Counted from the stretch's first letter, positions 30,617-41,532 are shown. The stretch is 64,000 nt of DNA from an uncultured delta proteobacterium (GCA_963745025.1 CAVUWD010000011.1:544001-608000); one strand, 5' to 3'. Made by a program: numbers and translations. Notes: generated from the sequence alone by a model not told the origin.

Positions 30617-31825
30617 ATGACGAGACCACTCGAAGGAATCAAGGTGATCGAGATCGGTCAGGAAATCCAGGGGCCGTTCGCGGGGCTCTGCCTCGCGGAT
30701 CTCGGCGCCGACGTGATCAAGATCGAGAACAAGGAAGGCGGCGATCTGAGTCGCGCCATCCTCGCCAAGCTGATCGGCGGGGCGGCGGTCCGCAACGGCG
30801 AGCTGTCCCATTATTTCCACGCGATGAATCGCGGCAAGCGAAGCGTCACGGTCGATCTCAAGCACCCGGAAGGTGCGGAGCTGGTGCGCCGGCTGGCGAA
30901 GGTCTGCGACGTGCTGCTCACCAACTACCGCATCGGCGTCCTCGATCGTCTCGGACTCGGATTCGAAGAGCTCAAGAAGGCGAATCCGCGGATCGTGTTC
31001 GCGCAGGGGAGCTCGTGGGGTCCGCGCGGCCCGTGGGTGCAGCGGCCGAGCCGGGACATCCTCGCGCAGGCCGCGAGCGGGATCGTCGCCAAGGGAGGGC
31101 GCAAGTCGGATCCGCCGATGCCGGCGCCGTTCGCGGTCGCCGATCAAAGCGGGGGCCTGAGCCTCGCGGCCGGGATCCTCGCGGCGCTGTTCGCGCGCGA
31201 GCGTAGCGGACAGGCGCAGAAGGTCGACGTCTCGATCTACGGGACCATGATCGCCATGCAGACCTTCGAGATGGGCTACGTGGGCTTCACGGGAGAAGAG
31301 CCGGCGCGCGCCGGGGTCGGTCATCAGTTCCTGCACGGGGTGTGGGGTACGTACCGAACGCGCGACGGGCACGTCTGCTTGGGGACCGTCGACGACAAGC
31401 GCTGGCCCGCGTTTTGCCGCATCCTGGAGATCCAGCATCTCGAGAACGATCCGGACCTCGCCGGCCTCGGGCGTCTCATCCCCGGCGACAAGATGGAGCA
31501 GGTGCTCGTCGAGATCTTCCCCAAGAAGACGTCCCGCGACTGGCTCGCGCAGTTCCACGATGCAGACATCCTCGCCACCGAGGTGGTCGACTACACGAGC
31601 ATCATGGCGAGCGAGCAAGCGCGCGTGAACGGCTACGTCGTCGAGGTCGAGCACGAGGTCGCCGGAAAGATCGTGATGACCGGCGCGCCGATCTCGCTGA
31701 ACGGAGAAGTTCGGGGAGCGGCGCCGCCCGCTCCCGAACTCGGCCAACACACCGAGGAAGTGATGCTCGAGGCCGGCTATTCGTGGGGAGACATCGTGCG
31801 GGTCCGCGATAGCGGCGCCGTGTGA
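30617..31825 (+). CDS. CaiB/BaiF family III CoA transferase
   Basis: PLEGIKVIE, LADLGADVIKIE, NRGKRS, PELGQHTEEV. Confidence 0.93.
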   Translation: MTRPLEGIKVIEIGQEIQGPFAGLCLADLGADVIKIENKEGGDLSRAILAKLIGGAAVRNGELSHYFHAMNRGKRSVTVDLKHPEGAELVRRLAKVCDVLLTNYRIGVLDRLGLGFEELKKANPRIVFAQGSSWGPRGPWVQRPSRDILAQAASGIVAKGGRKSDPPMPAPFAVADQSGGLSLAAGILAALFARERSGQAQKVDVSIYGTMIAMQTFEMGYVGFTGEEPARAGVGHQFLHGVWGTYRTRDGHVCLGTVDDKRWPAFCRILEIQHLENDPDLAGLGRLIPGDKMEQVLVEIFPKKTSRDWLAQFHDADILATEVVDYTSIMASEQARVNGYVVEVEHEVAGKIVMTGAPISLNGEVRGAAPPAPELGQHTEEVMLEAGYSWGDIVRVRDSGAV

Positions 31826-31977
31826 GCGGCGCCGCCGAGAGTCGTCGGAGCGACGGAACGCAATCGTTACACGGCCAACGCGCGCGGGAAGCGAGGAGAG
31901 CTGGCGAACCGCGTCCCTGTCTCAGCGGAAGTGCGCATGGTGACGCTCTTCTCGGTTCGCCACCGCGACATCCGGCT

Positions 31978-32418
31978 TCACTGATCGAACGTGGTCAGGT
32001 CGGCCCCGTCATCCGCCACAAACACGGCGAGCAGCTTCGCGGGCTTGCTGCGGCTCGCATTCTCGCTGACCAGATGATGCGCTCCCGGATCCTCGAAGAA
32101 CGTCTCGCCCGCGCGATAGACACGCGGCGCACCCGCGTCGACCTGCGAGCGGATCGCCCCTGAGACCACGTAGGCGAAAACCACCCCCGCGTGATGGTGG
32201 GGATTGGACTTTCCTCCCGGCGCATAGTCGACCGCCACGGCCGTCAAGGTCTTTCCCGGAACGTTCGGTAGCTTCTGCGAGAAGATCACCTGAGCGTGAT
32301 CTCCTCCACCGGCGGCCGTCGCGAGGCGCGGCGTCGGGACCGCTCCCGTGAGTGCGAGGAGCACCGCGGCAGCGGCGAGGCGCATCGGCCTTTCGAGTCG
32401 AAGTCGTCTGTTCGTCAT
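31978..32418 (-). CDS. Secreted cupin-domain protein
   Basis: Signal peptide, YAPGGKSNPHHH, GETFFEDPGAHHLVSENAS. Confidence 0.85.
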   Translation of the reverse strand: MTNRRLRLERPMRLAAAAVLLALTGAVPTPRLATAAGGGDHAQVIFSQKLPNVPGKTLTAVAVDYAPGGKSNPHHHAGVVFAYVVSGAIRSQVDAGAPRVYRAGETFFEDPGAHHLVSENASRSKPAKLLAVFVADDGADLTTFDQ

Positions 32419-32462
32419 CGTTGACCTCCGTTCGGGAGCCGATCCGTGGGGGAGCCCCCACA

Positions 32463-33119
32463 TCAAAAGCTGCTGGCCTCGGCGAGCCCCTGCTCTCTCG
32501 CGGCGCGTTCCTGCGCGGCGACGGCGCGCTGGAAACCGTCGCGCGGCTCCAGGCGCTCCCAATACTTCTTCACGGCGCCCGAGAAGTGTCCGTCGAGTGA
32601 GAGAGACTTCGCCAGCATCAATGCATAGCCAACCGATATGTCGGCAGCCGTGAAACGGTTCGCGCAGATGTAGTGGTGAGAGGATACGATCGCGTCGACC
32701 CCCCGCAGCCGCCCACGGAACCACTTCTCGTAGTCCTGCGCAACCTGCGGCACGCGCCGCTCCACGGGCTCGAGCCGGGTGTAGCGCAAGACGATGGTCT
32801 GCGGGAACGTGAGGGTCGCCTCGCCGAAATGCAGCGCATTGAGGAAGGCGCCGTAGTCCGGCTCGTCAACTGTGACGGCAAGCGGCGTCGGACCATAGCG
32901 GGTGACGAGATACTGACAGATCGCGGCCGATTCCGTCATCTTCGTCGCGCCGTCGAAGAAGCAGGGAACCGTGCCGAGCGGATTGATCTCGAGATAGTGC
33001 TTGGCGAGCACCCGAGGTGGAAATGGCAGCATCTTCAGCGCGTAGGAAAGCCGGAGCTCCTCCAGCGTCCACAGCGGACGAAACGAGCGAGCACTCATGC
33101 AATGATAAAGGGTGATCAT
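32463..33119 (-). CDS. Glutathione S-transferase family protein
   Basis: ARSFRPLWTLEE, INPLGTVP, ESAAICQYL, FTAADI. Confidence 0.92.
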   Translation of the reverse strand: MITLYHCMSARSFRPLWTLEELRLSYALKMLPFPPRVLAKHYLEINPLGTVPCFFDGATKMTESAAICQYLVTRYGPTPLAVTVDEPDYGAFLNALHFGEATLTFPQTIVLRYTRLEPVERRVPQVAQDYEKWFRGRLRGVDAIVSSHHYICANRFTAADISVGYALMLAKSLSLDGHFSGAVKKYWERLEPRDGFQRAVAAQERAAREQGLAEASSF

Positions 33120-33286
33120 GACCGTCCTCCCTCCGACCGCGGTGCAGGACCCACGGAGTGCGGCTGCGTTGTGCCGGCCTTGTTTGTCGCTCCGCAGAAA
33201 TGGCGCGTCAAGATTCGCGGCCCGTGGCCGCACGGAGCTCGAAGTTTCCTGCGCCCCACGCTAAAGAGAACGGCAAGGGAGATCTC

Positions 33287-34075
33287 ATGAACGATCGAAT
33301 CGTATCCGTGGAGCGGGAAGCGACGATCGCCGTCGTCCGCTTCGATCGGGGCGGAAGCTTGAACGCCTTCAACCAGACGCTCATTCGCGAGCTCACGGCC
33401 GTGGCGCGCGACTTCCACGACGATCTCGAGACCCGCGCGGTCGTTCTCACCGGCTCTCGCGAGGCCTTTTCGGCCGGCATCGACCTGCGCGATGCCGAGA
33501 CCTGGTCCCGCGCCGCGAGCGACGTCGCCGCGCGCGAGCAGTTCTATCGCGGCGTGCGGCTCTGCAGGGCTTGGGAAGACATGCCGCAGATCACGATCGC
33601 CGCGATCGAAGGTCTCGCCGTCGGTGCCGGAGTCGCCCTGGCGATCACGTGCGATTGGCGCGTGATCGCCCGCGACGCCTACCTCTACGTTCCCGAGGTG
33701 CGGATCGGGCTCAACCTCCAGTGGGGGGCGTTGCCGCGTCTCGTGAGCCTCGTCGGCCCCGCGCGCGCGAAGCGGATCACGATTCTCTGCGAGCGCATGG
33801 GGGCGAACCAAGCGGCCGAGTGGGGGCTCGTCGAGGAGGTCGCGGATCCCGGACGAGCGGTGGACGCCGCGCTCGAGCTCGCGCGGCGGGCCGCAGAGAT
33901 GCCTCCCGCCGCCACGCGGATGGTGAAAGAAGCCGTGAACGCGACCGCGGGCGCCCTCCACCACGCGACGTCCTTCGCCGACGCCGACCAGAGCGCGCTT
34001 ACCGCGACCCATCGCGACGCAAACGCGGCCCGGGCTGCGTTTGCGACTCGCGGTCGTGGCTCGTCGCAGAGCTGA
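33287..34075 (+). CDS. Enoyl-CoA hydratase/isomerase family protein
   Basis: FSAGIDL, IAAIEGLAVGAG, PEVRIG. Confidence 0.9.
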   Translation: MNDRIVSVEREATIAVVRFDRGGSLNAFNQTLIRELTAVARDFHDDLETRAVVLTGSREAFSAGIDLRDAETWSRAASDVAAREQFYRGVRLCRAWEDMPQITIAAIEGLAVGAGVALAITCDWRVIARDAYLYVPEVRIGLNLQWGALPRLVSLVGPARAKRITILCERMGANQAAEWGLVEEVADPGRAVDAALELARRAAEMPPAATRMVKEAVNATAGALHHATSFADADQSALTATHRDANAARAAFATRGRGSSQS

Positions 34076-34203
34076 AGCCGTCGCGCCCTTGGCGCCCCAG
34101 ACCGATCGCGCGGCGCCTCGATGCGGACAAGCGCGAGGCGTTGAATCGATGGAGCCGGCGGCCGTTTTCGCTCCACCTTCGTGAGAGCTATACGCTCCGG
34201 GTC

Positions 34204-35505
34204 GTGGATCGTCTCACGGGCGTCGCAAGGTGGGGGCTCGCGTTGGCAATCGCGTGCGTGCTCCAACCGACTCCCGCCGGCGCGATCCCGGTCTTCGCTC
34301 GCATCTACGACAAGCCCTGCGGAACCTGCCACACCGTGTTCCCGCAGCTCAATCCCGCGGGCGAGAACTTCCGCGCGCACGGTTTTCACGGCCTACCCGC
34401 TGCGGTGAAGCCGCTTCACGCCGGTTCTCTGGAAGTGCCGGGAACGTTGCCGCTGGCGCTCTATTTCACCGTGGGGGAGGACGTGAGCCAAGAACGAAGC
34501 GGCGCAACGCGCACGCACTTCAACGTGGACGCCTTCAGCCTGCTCGCCGGTGGCGAGCTCGGCTCACGTTTGGCCTTCCTCGTCGACTACGAGCTGGTCG
34601 AGACGGAGCCGGATACCGGGGACGTCACGATCAACTCCTTGCCCGAGCAGGCATACCTGCAGGCGCATGCCGAGCCCGCGGGATGGCTGGGGAATCTGCG
34701 GCTCGGTTGGTTCGAGCTGCCGCTTGGCGTTTCGCCGCGCGTGCACCGTCTGTCTGCGGCGCCGTATCTGACCTACGGGCTGACGGCGTGCCGGCTTCTC
34801 GGCAGCGCGCCGCCCGGAGTCGCCTGCGACGACGTCGCCGTACTCGACGAGGCCCAGATCGGCGCCGAGATCGGCGGGCTCGCTCCGGCGACGGGCTTCG
34901 GCTGGGTGCTCGGCGCGACTAACGGCAGCAACAACCGATTGGATGACAGCGCGAGCCAGGATTTCTACGCGCGCGTGAGCCAGCCGATCGGCCTCCACCG
35001 CATCGGGCTCTTCGTCTTTTACAGCCCGGACCTGCTCGGTGCGGGGCCTCCCGACCGCACGCTGCGGGTCGGCCCCGACGTCAGCTGGTACGACCGCCGT
35101 CTTCGCGTGCTCGCGCAGTTTCTCGCCAACCACGAGTCGAATCCCACCGGCCATTCCGAGGGCCTCTGGTACTATGGTGGCTTCGTGGAAGGCGAGTACC
35201 GCTTCACGACCTGGTTGCTTGGGCTGGTGAGGACGGAGTACGCGTGGACCCCGCGGTTCGACGATCGCAGCGAAGGCGGTGAAACGGACGTGCGCCGGCG
35301 GCTCTGGTCCGTCACGGGAGGCGGCCAGTGGCTGCTTCTGCAGAACTTCAAGCTGGTGGCGGAGGTGACGTTCCAGGAGGATCGCGAGACCGTGAGCAAT
35401 ACCAACGACCACACCTGGTTCGGGACGATTCGAGCCGTCAGCGCGTTCTGGGCGTTGGAGCCGCTCGTCGGGTTCAGCGCTTGGCGGCGCGGGGCAACGC
35501 GATGA
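34204..35505 (+). CDS. Probable outer-membrane beta-barrel with an N-terminal CxxCH motif
   Basis: Signal peptide, then IPVFARIYDKPCGTCHTVFPQLNPAGENF; alternating aromatic beta-strand pattern. Confidence 0.75.
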   Translation: MDRLTGVARWGLALAIACVLQPTPAGAIPVFARIYDKPCGTCHTVFPQLNPAGENFRAHGFHGLPAAVKPLHAGSLEVPGTLPLALYFTVGEDVSQERSGATRTHFNVDAFSLLAGGELGSRLAFLVDYELVETEPDTGDVTINSLPEQAYLQAHAEPAGWLGNLRLGWFELPLGVSPRVHRLSAAPYLTYGLTACRLLGSAPPGVACDDVAVLDEAQIGAEIGGLAPATGFGWVLGATNGSNNRLDDSASQDFYARVSQPIGLHRIGLFVFYSPDLLGAGPPDRTLRVGPDVSWYDRRLRVLAQFLANHESNPTGHSEGLWYYGGFVEGEYRFTTWLLGLVRTEYAWTPRFDDRSEGGETDVRRRLWSVTGGGQWLLLQNFKLVAEVTFQEDRETVSNTNDHTWFGTIRAVSAFWALEPLVGFSAWRRGATR

Positions 35506-36080
35506 GAGCCGTCGTCGCTACGCTGCTGTGGGCGGGATTCCTGGTGGTCCCGGCTCATGCGGGCTCCGTCACCGGCAGGGCGACCGTCGACGGGACGCCG
35601 GCGAGCGACGGCATCGTGTATCTCGAGGGGGCGGATTCAGGCCCGGCCTCGCCGTCGCCTCGGCATGCCGCCATGGATCAGAAGAACCTGACGTTCGTCC
35701 CGGCACTGCTGCCGATCGTCCGCGGCACCGTCGTCGACTTCACGAACAGCGACGACGTCCAGCACAACGTCTTCTCGCCGTCGCCCGCCGGCGGCAAGTT
35801 CAACTTGGGCACGTATGGCCCGGGCGCGGGCCGCAGCGTCACGTTCGACGAGACCGGGGACGTCGTCGTGCTGTGCAACATCCACATGGAGATGGAGGCC
35901 CACATCCTCGTCCTGGCCAACCACTACTTTTCGACCGTCGCCCCGGACGGGCGCTACCGAATCGAGAGCGTGCCCGCGGGAACGTATGCATTGAGGATCT
36001 GGAAGGGCCGCTGGTTGCCTCCCAGCGACAAGGTCGAGGTCTCGGCGGACGGCACGCTCGAGGTCGACGTCTCGAGATAG
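35502..36080 (+). CDS. Secreted cupredoxin-like protein (MauL/plastocyanin-like) with carboxypeptidase-regulatory-like domain
   Basis: DQKNLTFVP, NSDDVQHNVFS, type-1 Cu-like CNIHMEM. Confidence 0.82.
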   Translation: MRAVVATLLWAGFLVVPAHAGSVTGRATVDGTPASDGIVYLEGADSGPASPSPRHAAMDQKNLTFVPALLPIVRGTVVDFTNSDDVQHNVFSPSPAGGKFNLGTYGPGAGRSVTFDETGDVVVLCNIHMEMEAHILVLANHYFSTVAPDGRYRIESVPAGTYALRIWKGRWLPPSDKVEVSADGTLEVDVSR

Positions 36081-36087
36081 GTCGGGC

Positions 36088-37924
36088 GTGCGGATCGCGT
36101 TCACACCACGCCACTGGAGTATCCGCGCGAAGGGCGTGCTCGTCGCGATCGGGTACCTGCTCGCGCTGTCCGGCATCTACAGCACCTTCACGATCTACCT
36201 TTACCGGCGGGAGGCCGAGCAGGCGTACGACCGCTTCGAGCAGACCGCTCGCATCGTCGCCGGCGATCTCGACGCATACGTTGCCAACGGAGAGCAGCGG
36301 CTACGAACCGTCACGCGCCTGCCCGGGCTCGCCTACGGTCTAAAGACCATTCAGGAAGCCCACCCGAGCGCCTACATTCCGCCGTGGACGACGCTCCATT
36401 ACCTATTCTTCAAGTCGCCCGTCTTTACGGGCGGCGTGTTTCTCCTCGACCGGGCGGGGAAGGTGCTCTGGACGGAGCCGCCGGGGCTGCCCTGGCACGG
36501 CGAGACGCTCACCGACATCGAGCCTGTCGCGGCGATGTACGAGACACGCCGCGGCATCGTCTCCGCTGTCCTCGCGGAGGACCGGCTGCTCGCCCGGCCG
36601 CACGTCATCGTCGGCGTGCCGGTCGAGGACGAGACGGGCGAGATGCAAGGTGTCCTCGCCGGCATCGTAGACCTCACCGCAACCGAGTTCCGCGGCGTCC
36701 TCGCGGCGGTCTCGACGACCGCGGGGCGCTTCGTCGAGGTGCTCGACCAGCGCGGAGTGGTGCTCGCCGGCACCGACCCGTCGCGGCTCTTTCGCCCCTC
36801 CGACCGTTACGGGAGTGACGGTGAAAAACCGATGCTCGCGTCTCTGTCCCTCTCGCGCGCGCCGTGGCGCATCGTCGCGGGCCAGCCGCGGTCGCTCGGC
36901 CTGGCGGCCGTACGTCGGTTGCAGCGCGCCCTGTGGGGAATCGGCGGCGCGCTGCTGATCGTCGCGGCGGCGATCGCGACGCCGATCTTGAACGGCTTCG
37001 TGCGCTCCATCAAGCAGCTGACGCAAGCGGCGGAGACGGTCGCGCGAGGGGATCTCACCCAGCCGGTCACGGTCGGAGAGCGCTCCGACGAGATTGGCAC
37101 CTTGGCGCGCTCCTTCGAGCTGATGCGGGTTCAGTTGAGTCGCTCGCGGCAGGCTCTGGAGCAGCGGCTCGAGGAGCGCGAGGAGCTCATCCAGCTGCTC
37201 ATGCGCACGAACGAGGAGCTGAAAGCGGCGCAGAAACGCTTGGTCGAGGCAGAGCGGTTCGCGGCGATCGGCGAGCTCTCCGCCGCGGTTGCGCACGGAA
37301 TTCGCAATCCCGTGGCCGGGATCAAGGCCGCGGCGCAGTTCGCCGCCCTCGATCTGCCGAAGGAACATCCGCTGCGCGAGAACATCGCCGACATCATCAC
37401 CGAAACCGACAAGCTCGAGGCACGGATCAAGACGCTGCTCGATTTCGCCAAGCCGTTCGAGCCGCACCCGCGGCGATGTCGCGTCGACGCGATCGTCGGC
37501 GACGCGGTCGACTCGTTGCGAAGTCAGCTGGCGCGCCAGAAGGATCGAGGTCGTGATCGATGTCGACCGCGCCTTGCCTGCGGTGGCGGTCGACTATGCG
37601 CAGATCGAGCAGGTCCTCCTCGCGCTGATCTCGAACGCGGTTGAAGCGATGACGGAGGGTGGCCGCATCTCGATCCGCGCGCGCTCGAAGGGCGCCGACC
37701 GCCTACGCCTCGAAGTCGAGGACAGCGGACCCGGGATCCGGCCGGACCAGCTGCGTCGGATCTTCGACCTCTTCTTCACGACGAAGTCGAGCGGCACCGG
37801 CATGGGTCTTGCCGTCGCACGAAAGATCGTGGAGCGCCATGTGGGCACGATCACGGTCGAGAGCGAGGTCGGCAAGGGCACGCGGTTCACGATCGAGCTG
37901 CCGATCAGTCACGCCACCACGTAG
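36088..37924 (+). CDS. Cache/HAMP sensor histidine kinase (frameshift near 37540)
   Basis: Two TM helices, HAMP, VAHGIRNP, then NAVEA, DSGPGI, GTGMGL in the next frame. Confidence 0.88.
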
Positions 37925-37934
37925 TCGTGCTCGC

Positions 37935-37950
37935 TGGGGCTCTTCCCCCA
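37935..37950. promoter_or_regulatory. Putative activator site TGGGG-N6-CCCCA
   Basis: Palindrome about 73 bp upstream of a sigma54 promoter; same motif recurs at 41601 and 41621. Confidence 0.5.
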
Positions 37951-38022
37951 TGCCGCGCCAGGGGCTCTCGCCATAGCCCTCCAAACTCCCTGTACCGATG
38001 CGAGATTGCTGCGCCTTCGCCT

Positions 38023-38038
38023 TGGCCGGGTGTTTGCA
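38023..38038 (+). promoter_or_regulatory. Sigma54 -24/-12 promoter
   Basis: TGGCCGG-GTGT-TTGCA. Confidence 0.6.
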
Positions 38039-38051
38039 TACTCACGACACG

Positions 38052-38420
38052 GTGCTCGAGCGTTTGCTGATCGTGGAGGACGAGGAGATCCTGCGAAAAC
38101 ACCTCGCGCGGCTGTTCGTCCGCGAAGGCTTCGCCGTGGCGGCGGCTGGCACCTGCGCCGAGGCGATCCGCGAGCTGTCCGGCGCCCGCTTCCGCGCGCT
38201 CATTCTCGACGTGCGCCTGCCGGACGGGGACGGACTCGACCTGCTGGCCGAGCTCCGCCACGATCGACGGCCGGCGGTGACGGTGGCGATCACCGCGTGG
38301 ACGACTCCGGAGAACGAGCTGCGCGCCGCTCGGCTCGGCGTCGCCCGCCTGCTGCGGAAGCCTATCGACCTGCGCCAGCTCGTGAACGTGGTCCGCATAG
38401 GAACGCCTCCGGGGATCTGA
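38052..38420 (+). CDS. Single-domain response regulator
   Basis: LIVEDE, LDVRLPDGDG, ITA, RKP. Confidence 0.85.
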   Translation: MLERLLIVEDEEILRKHLARLFVREGFAVAAAGTCAEAIRELSGARFRALILDVRLPDGDGLDLLAELRHDRRPAVTVAITAWTTPENELRAARLGVARLLRKPIDLRQLVNVVRIGTPPGI

Positions 38421-38447
38421 GCCGCTCGGCGCCGCCGCGGCTCCGCT

Positions 38448-39851
38448 TCATTCGTCTGCGCCCTTCTCGCCGAGAGCGAACTTCTCGATCCGGTAGCGCA
38501 GCGTATCCCGCGAAAGGCCGAGGAGTCGCGCCGCGGCGCTCTGGTTGCCCCCCGCCTTTTCCAGAGCTCGGACCAGCAGCGCGCGTTCCACTGCCTCGAG
38601 CGAGAGGCCGCCGTCCGGCAGATCGACCTCCACGGAGCCCGAAGGCGCCACGCGGACGCGGCCGGCGGACGGCGCGACCGGCCCGATGCCGAGGTCCTCC
38701 GCTTCGACGGGATCGCGGTCGGTGAGGAGAACGACACGCTCCATGGTGTTGGCGACCTCTCGGACGTTTCCCGGCCAGGCATAGCCGGAGATCGCGGCCT
38801 CGGCCCCCGGCGAAAGCGTCCGCGGCGGCGTGGCGTAACGCCGACAGGCGGCATCGAGCAGCGTCCTGGCGAGGCGCAGCGCATCGCCGTCGCGCTCGCG
38901 CAGCGGCGGAATCCGGATCACGGCCACCGCCAGCCGCTGATAGAGATCCTCGCGGAATTCGCCGAGGTGCGCGGCGGCCTCGAGATCGCGATTGGTCGCG
39001 GCGATGATCTGCACGTCGATGCGCCTCGGCGCATTGCCGCCGACGCGGCGGACGACCTTCTCTTCGATGACCTTCAGGAACTTCGCCTGCAGCGTCGGCG
39101 AGACGTGACCGATCTCGTCGAGAAACAACGTTCCGCCGTCGGCCGTTTCGAAGAGGCCCGCGCGTGCAGCCTTCGCATCCGTGAACGCCCCCTTCTCGTA
39201 GCCGAAGAGCTCCGATTCGACGAGGTTCTCCGGCAGCGCAGTGCAGTTCACCTCGATGAACGGGCCGCCGTGCCGTCCGCCCGCGGCGTGCAGAGCGCGG
39301 GCCACGTGGCCCTTGCCGCTGCCCGTCTCGCCGAGGAGCAGCACGGTCGGAGCCGGAGAGCCGGGACCGGCCGTCATCCGTGCGATGCGGGCGATCCGCT
39401 CGCGCAGGCTCATGGCGACGGCCGATTCGCCGAGGATCGGGCCCGCGCTTGCGCGACGGTCGCGATAGTAGGACACCTCCCGGCGCTCGCGCGCGGCCTT
39501 CAGTGCCGCATCGACTTTGAGCAGGATCTCGTCCAGCTCGAACGGCTTCTGCACGAAATCCCGCGCCCCTCGCCGCATGGCGTCCACCGCGTCGGCGATC
39601 GAGCCGTGCGCGGTCATCATGATGACCGGAAGGTTCGGATCGGTGGCTCTCAGCCAGTCGAGCAGGTCGAGCCCGTTACCATCCGGGAGCCTGAGATCGA
39701 GCAGCACGACGTCTACGGGTGCCGCCGAGAGCATGCGCTTTGCCGCGGCGAGCCCTGTCGCGTGCGATGACTCGATGCCGCTGCGCGCAAAGAGCTTCAC
39801 GAGGCTCCGCGCGAGGACCTCCTCATCTTCGACGATCAACAGCCCGGGCAT
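38448..39851 (-). CDS. NtrC-family sigma54-dependent response regulator
   Basis: REC domain, GETGSGKG, GAFTDA, WPGNVRE, Fis-type HTH. Confidence 0.93.
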   Translation of the reverse strand: MPGLLIVEDEEVLARSLVKLFARSGIESSHATGLAAAKRMLSAAPVDVVLLDLRLPDGNGLDLLDWLRATDPNLPVIMMTAHGSIADAVDAMRRGARDFVQKPFELDEILLKVDAALKAARERREVSYYRDRRASAGPILGESAVAMSLRERIARIARMTAGPGSPAPTVLLLGETGSGKGHVARALHAAGGRHGGPFIEVNCTALPENLVESELFGYEKGAFTDAKAARAGLFETADGGTLFLDEIGHVSPTLQAKFLKVIEEKVVRRVGGNAPRRIDVQIIAATNRDLEAAAHLGEFREDLYQRLAVAVIRIPPLRERDGDALRLARTLLDAACRRYATPPRTLSPGAEAAISGYAWPGNVREVANTMERVVLLTDRDPVEAEDLGIGPVAPSAGRVRVAPSGSVEVDLPDGGLSLEAVERALLVRALEKAGGNQSAAARLLGLSRDTLRYRIEKFALGEKGADE

Positions 39852-40139
39852 GATGCCTCCGTCGGATTACCTCTAAGACGGGAGCGACCCGTCGGCAAGG
39901 AACTCGGCGAGCCCAGCTCATTCGCGACGGCGGACGGAGAAAGGCAGGCGGCCATGCGCCGCTACCTGCTCAGACGATTCTGGGCGAGTGCGCTGATTTC
40001 CGCCGGGCGCACGGCGATCGTGTGGCGTGAAGGTGAAGATGAGATCCAGCGATCCTTCAGACCCCGCCGGGTATAGGGAGGCGTCAGAGAGACGCCGATC
40101 CCTGAGCGCTACGTCGGTCCCCGTGGAGGGGCTTCCGAA

Positions 40140-41063
40140 TCAACCGGCTTCGTCGTCGTCTTCGATCGAGCGTAACGCCTGCGCCGCGGTTTCTCGAACC
40201 TGCGCGCTCGAGTCGCTGCGCGCGGCGATGGCGAGCGGCCGGATCGCGTCGTCGCTCCAGGTGCGCCCCAGAGCGACGGCGGCCGCCTCGCGTACCGCGG
40301 GGTTTGCGTCTCCCCCGAGAGCCTCGGCAAGCGGGGCCACGGCTCTTTCGTCCCACGTCGCCCCGAGAGCGGCGGCCGCCGCCTCGCGAACGGACGGATC
40401 CACGTCCCCGGACACGGACGCGGACAGCGGCTCGACTGCCTCGCCGCTCCACGTGCCGCCGAGCGCGCGGGCCGCGCTCTCTCTGACCGACGAGTCTGTG
40501 TCCTCGAGGATCGCTTGCCCGAGGGCAGGCACCGCGTCCGCTGCTTCCGGGCTGCCGAGCGCCGCTGCGGCTTCGCTACGCGCTATCGGACTCGCGGCCT
40601 CGAGGAGGACTCGGTCGAGTGGATCGGGCTCCGCTTCACTGGCCGCGACGGCGGTGGCCACGCCGGGCGAGTCTGAAGGTCCGGGCCGCGGGTACACGTG
40701 CACCGCAGCGAGCCTCACGGCCGGCGGTGCCGCGCCCTCAGCCGGGCCGACCGGCGAATAGACGAAAGCGAAGCTCGTGTCGCGCAGGAGCTCTCGCAGG
40801 GCGTGCTCGAGCGGCACGTCGCGAAACGAAAGCCTTACTGCCTGGCTGGCGCTCCCGAACACGACGATCTTCACCCCGCTCGCGCCGCCGATCTTGCCGA
40901 GAACCTCGGCGAGCGTCGCTGCCGCGTCGCCCGAGAGCCGACCGTCGCGCACCTCGATCCGCTGCTCGCGCGAACCGCTGGCGCTCCGAACGACGGTGCC
41001 GCCTAACGCAACCCCGGGGAAAAGGGCGGCGATCAGGACTAAGGCCGTCTTTCGGAGCGCCAT
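40140..41063 (-). CDS. Secreted HEAT-repeat protein with an STN/secretin-N-like N-terminal domain
   Basis: Signal peptide, SFRDVPLEHALRELL, repeated VREAAAxALG units of about 32 aa. Confidence 0.75.
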   Translation of the reverse strand: MALRKTALVLIAALFPGVALGGTVVRSASGSREQRIEVRDGRLSGDAAATLAEVLGKIGGASGVKIVVFGSASQAVRLSFRDVPLEHALRELLRDTSFAFVYSPVGPAEGAAPPAVRLAAVHVYPRPGPSDSPGVATAVAASEAEPDPLDRVLLEAASPIARSEAAAALGSPEAADAVPALGQAILEDTDSSVRESAARALGGTWSGEAVEPLSASVSGDVDPSVREAAAAALGATWDERAVAPLAEALGGDANPAVREAAAVALGRTWSDDAIRPLAIAARSDSSAQVRETAAQALRSIEDDDEAG

Positions 41064-41091
41064 GGTCGACCTCACCACTTGCTGACGACGG

Positions 41092-41470
41092 TTAACGCAC
41101 CCTGCAGGAGACGGTCTTTTCCGCGATCGGCACGTTCGTGGCGTCCAGAATCCGGCCGGTCACATTCCCCCTGGATGAAATTCCGCGAGATCGGCGTCGC
41201 ACCGGCGTTGATGTCGTGCCGGTTGCTGTCGAAGTCGAACTCCGCCTCCCCATTCACGGCGTCCTTGGGATCGGATGTCGCGCTGTTCAATCCGGAAATC
41301 GCCACCGCGTGGTACGAGCCAGCGGCGAGGTCTCTTCCATCGACCGAGATTTTCGACCGATGGCTCCGCTTCACGCATCGCACCCGCACGCTCGCCGCCT
41401 CGCTCTGTACCACCATCCCGAGCAGTGCGACGGCGCAGCCCATCACGACGGTATTCTTCCAGCTCTTCAT
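41092..41470 (-). CDS. Small secreted protein (frameshift in a G-run near 41170)
   Basis: MKSWKNTVVMGCAVALLG..ASVRVRCVKR..EAEFDFDS..NFIQG / NVTGRIL..VSCRVR*; two Cys could form a disulfide. Confidence 0.65.
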
Positions 41471-41532
41471 GACTTTCTCCCTTCGTCGATTCGTTTTTCG
41501 TTCGCGTCCCCGGTGGGACACTGGAGAGGATG

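Noticed and set aside
39954-40076. 40-aa ORF starting MRRYLLRR, like a DppB permease N-terminus
   Set aside because: Similarity limited to about 8 residues
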